DNA from: Amoebidium appalachense
Lineage: Eukaryota > Protista > Ichthyosporea
NCBI GenBank assembly: GCA_963693365.1
Contig: CAVNZM010000015.1
Location: forward strand, 5,774,624-5,838,623
Reading direction: 5' to 3'
DNA: 64,000 nucleotides
Shown here: piece by piece, positions 60,722 through 64,000 of the stretch
Numbering within the stretch: position 1 is the first letter of the stretch
Layout of the letters: each line of letters begins with the position of its first letter
Notes under the pieces: model-generated
What the model was told of the DNA's origin: nothing
What the model saw: only the letters and a program-made list of their open reading frames with translations
Databases searched by the model: none
Position numbers and translations under genes: made by a program

Positions 60722-62405
60722 CTGCCGGGATCTCCCCAAGGGTACACCACCCTTGCTAACCACCCCCTTCCCCCGAGGCTCAGACCCGGAGGCCCGCCCG
60801 CTGCCCCAGCACCACATTGACACCTCCCGCCTCCGGGAACTGCTGGCCTCCTACCCGGACCAACCATTCGCCGCACAACTCCTCCACGATGTCGAATTCG
60901 GCGTCGACATCGGCTATCGCGGCCCCTCCACCTCTCGGGTGGGCCCCAACCTACCCACCACCCCGGAGGCAGCTGCCGCTATCACGGTGGATATTGCCAA
61001 AGAAGTCGCCCTCGGCCACCTGCGCGGCCCCCTCTCCCCGGCCCAATTCTTTGACGAATTTCCCGTCCACCGTTCCTCCCCCATCGGCGCCGTTACCAAG
61101 AAAGGGAACCCCCCCAAGTACCGTCGAATCCACCACCTCTCCTGGCCCCGGGGTAGCAGTGTCAATGACAGCATCACCTACCCCGACGAACTTCAGTACA
61201 TTCGCGCCCGGGATGTCACCCAACTCATTCTCGACGCAGGCCCCGGCTGCTACATGGCCGTGGCAGATGTGCAGGCTGCCTTCCGGCACATGCCCATCCG
61301 ACCGGAAGACCACCACTTAATGGCATTCAAATGGCAAGGGCATTTTTACGTTGAAACCAGACTGCCCTTCGGCCTGAAATCTAGCCCAGCCATCTGGGAA
61401 CGGATCGCGGCCACCCTACAGTGGCTGGCACACCAGCACGGTATTACCCTCATCCGCCACTACGTAGACGACTGGATTATAGTCGCCCCCACACAACAGC
61501 AGTGCCAACGTCACCTATCCACCTTTCTGCAACTCTGCCGAGAGCTGCACATTGCCATCTCCGAAGACAAGATGCAGGGCCCGGCTACCCGTGTCGTCTT
61601 CATCGGTATCGAATTCGACTCCATCGCCATGGAGGCACGAATCCCGGCTTCCAAGCTCTCGGACCTACTCGACCTCACTTCCCACCCAAAGCCCACCATC
61701 ACCATTCGGGACCTCCAGTCCCTCCTCGGCAAACTCACCTGGTTTGCCCAGCTGGTTCCCCCCGGGAGGGCCTTCTCCCAGCGCCTATGGGCCCTTCTCC
61801 GGACCCACCCACACCTTGCCGGCCACCACCACATACGACTGACTGCTGCCGCCCGGGCCGACATAGCCGAATGGCACCAGTTCCTCACATCATGGAATGG
61901 GGTGCACCTCATCACACCCCCCACATACACCACCCTGGCCACTGATGCTGCCGGATCGGTGGGTCTAGGTGGCCACTGGCTCGACCAATGGTTCTTCATG
62001 CCCTGGTCCCCCTCCACCCAAGCCCTCTATGCTCATGAGGGTAAACTCGGTTCTTCCGTCATCGAACTCATGGCCATCGCAGCCGCCGTGGCCCTCTGGG
62101 CCCCCTCCTGGTCCACCCACCATGTCTGTATTTTATGCGACAACACGGGTGCTGTGTCTGACCTGCACTCCCGGTCTTCCCCCCACCCCGTGATGGCCAA
62201 ACTTATTCGGTTCATCACCCGCATGGAAATGCAATACCAATTTACGTTACAGGCATCCTACCTACCAGGACCCCTCAACCATCTGGCCGATGCCATTTCT
62301 CGTAACCAACTTCCCCGGGCCCGACGACTCCGACCTTCCCTGCAACCGGAGCCCTGCCCCTTCCCCTCCTGGGTCCACGAGTTCCTATCCCTTCCCTTGG
62401 GCTAA
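60513..62405 (+). CDS. Ngaro reverse transcriptase / RNase H
   Basis: 550-aa open frame from 60753 with DIRS-type RT (YRRIHHLS, LPFGLKSSP, YVDD) and RH (TDAAG, IELMA, CDN, ADAISR). The upstream extension is in frame in copy B; no ATG at the ORF start. Confidence 0.92.
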
Positions 62406-62430
62406 CCCCCCCCCCCCCCCCCCCCCCCAG

Positions 62431-63485
62431 ATCTCCCGTTCCGGAGCAACAGATTGGCCCCCCACTTTGCTCCGGCCGAGCTGCTTCGAGCCACCACTAC
62501 CCTGCAGGAATGCCAGGCCCTGAGTCTCAACCTCGACTCTCGGGCCTTTTACTCCCGGGTGCAAAAAGTGTTCATCGATTTCTGTGTGGCATCTCGGCTG
62601 CAATCCTCCTCCGGGTCCTCCCTCCCGGCCTCCCCACACACCGTGCAACTTTTTCTCGCCTGGTGTGCCCAACGAGGGGTACAGGCCTCTTCCTTAACCG
62701 GCTACAATTCGGCCATCACCAGGCTCCACCTCGACATGGGCCTCCCTGCTCCCTACCCCCACGACAAGTCTCTGGCCTGGTTCCTACGGGGGGTAGGCCG
62801 ATGGCAGCTTTCTCACAACATCCGACCCCGCTCATCCACCAGGGAACCCCTCCTCCCCTCCCACCTCCACCTACTCCACGGCCAGTGCCCCACCAAAGCC
62901 TCCTCGGCCAATCTCCGGCTATGGACGGCCCTCATCGTCGGTTTCTGTGGTCTCCTCCGTTCAGGGGAATTTACCTCCAAGACCCTGACTTCTTTCGACC
63001 CGTCCCGTCACGTTAAACGGAAGGACGTGACCTTCAGCTACACCCCCACCGGTACTTTGTCCCATGCCACCCTCCACCTGCCAACCTCTAAGACGGATGT
63101 ACAGGCCCGAGGTGTCAACGTCACCCTAGCTGCCCTGCCCCTCACCCACTTCTCCCCAGCCCATCTCCTCCGGCAGTTCCTGGATACAACGTCCGGTCAA
63201 CCCGACGACCCCCTCTTCAGTCTCGGTGGCATCCCCTACACCAAGAGTGCTTTCTCTGCCGATTTCCGTGCCCTCCTCTCCCGGGCAGGCCTCTCACCCT
63301 CCCGGTTTGCCGGACACAGCCTCCGCATCGGGGGGGCCACAGCACTGGCTGAGGCCGGGGTCGACGACTCCCGGATCAAACAACTCGGCCGGTGGTCCTC
63401 CGACTGCTTCCTGATCTATACCCGACTTCGTCCGGCCTCCATTGCTGCCACCACCACACGTGTATTCGCCTCTATTCTTAAGTGA
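62431..63485 (+). CDS. Ngaro tyrosine recombinase
   Basis: Open frame with catalytic R (LLRSGEF), K (TSKTD), HSLR, W (GRWSS) and Y (LIYTR); no ATG at the N-terminus. Confidence 0.93.
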
Positions 63486-64000
63486 AACCTTTGGAGCAAG
63501 CATACTGCTCTCGTGCCGTGGTTTACAACCATTGCAGGTTCACTGTCGTCCAAGGGGATGTCCCCCTAGAGGCAACACACGTCCCGGAGTAGTTTTTCAT
63601 AGAGGTTTTATTTGTGGAAATTATTGACATAAATATTTTTCTGGGTAAACACGTAGGATGGGTGTTCGATACCAACATAACCATGTAGGCTTCATTTCGT
63701 GTTTTAGCAGTTAGCGGTTGGCTGCCCGCACACGGGCACCTATTAGCCAGTCAAAACATCAGATACCACAGATCACTAGACCGAGTTATGATTGGCTCGG
63801 ATCAGATTTCACATATCACTAGATCGATTTTTGATTGGTTCAGATCGGTAGGCTTAGGTATATAAGCACGACAGTTTTTAGCAGATCAGCAAGCTACAAA
63901 CACATCTTCTGTGTTTAGCATCCACAGCCTTACAGCTATATATTCCTTTTCACCCACCCACCTACACCCACACACAACCCCCATTGATCCACACATACGT

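Larger units (their letters stand above)
58706..64000 (+). mobile_element. Ngaro copy E, apparently autonomous; B2 lies beyond the window
   Basis: A1 58706-59055 and A2 63604-63953 (350 bp, identical by eye); B1 63514-63603; gag, RT/RH and YR ORFs are open. Confidence 0.95.

Noticed and set aside
62431-63485. Phage integrase or bacterial contamination
   Set aside because: Linked to gag, DIRS-type RT/RH and split direct repeats within eukaryotic sequence.

Overview
Eukaryotic, intron-rich genomic DNA. It starts with an 11+-exon SLC4A11/BOR-like anion transporter gene on the minus strand (428-9613; 3' end runs off the window). About 54 kb of nested transposable elements follow: five copies of a Ngaro-type tyrosine-recombinase (YR) retrotransposon with split direct repeats (A1-gag-RT/RH-YR-B1-A2-spacer-B2), one complete and one truncated Copia, three Gypsy-type elements, a MITE and an intron-containing Plavaka (CMC/EnSpm-like) transposase. 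An unknown spliced gene with an HMG/YABBY-like motif is split by a Ngaro insertion. Main observations: (1) the YR and RT ORFs have no in-frame ATG at their starts, and each is preceded by a host-type splice acceptor in phase with a single donor inside gag; (2) the B1|A2 junction is a 15-7-15 inverted repeat whose imperfections are all same-strand G.T wobbles; (3) insertions are precise, lack target-site duplications, and the two reconstructable targets are palindromic; (4) CGC/GCG is nearly absent from element bodies while other CpGs persist. The host is not determined; a unicellular holozoan such as Amoebidium is my inference. All counts and alignments were done by eye, and long C/G homopolymers make many frameshifts possible sequencing errors.
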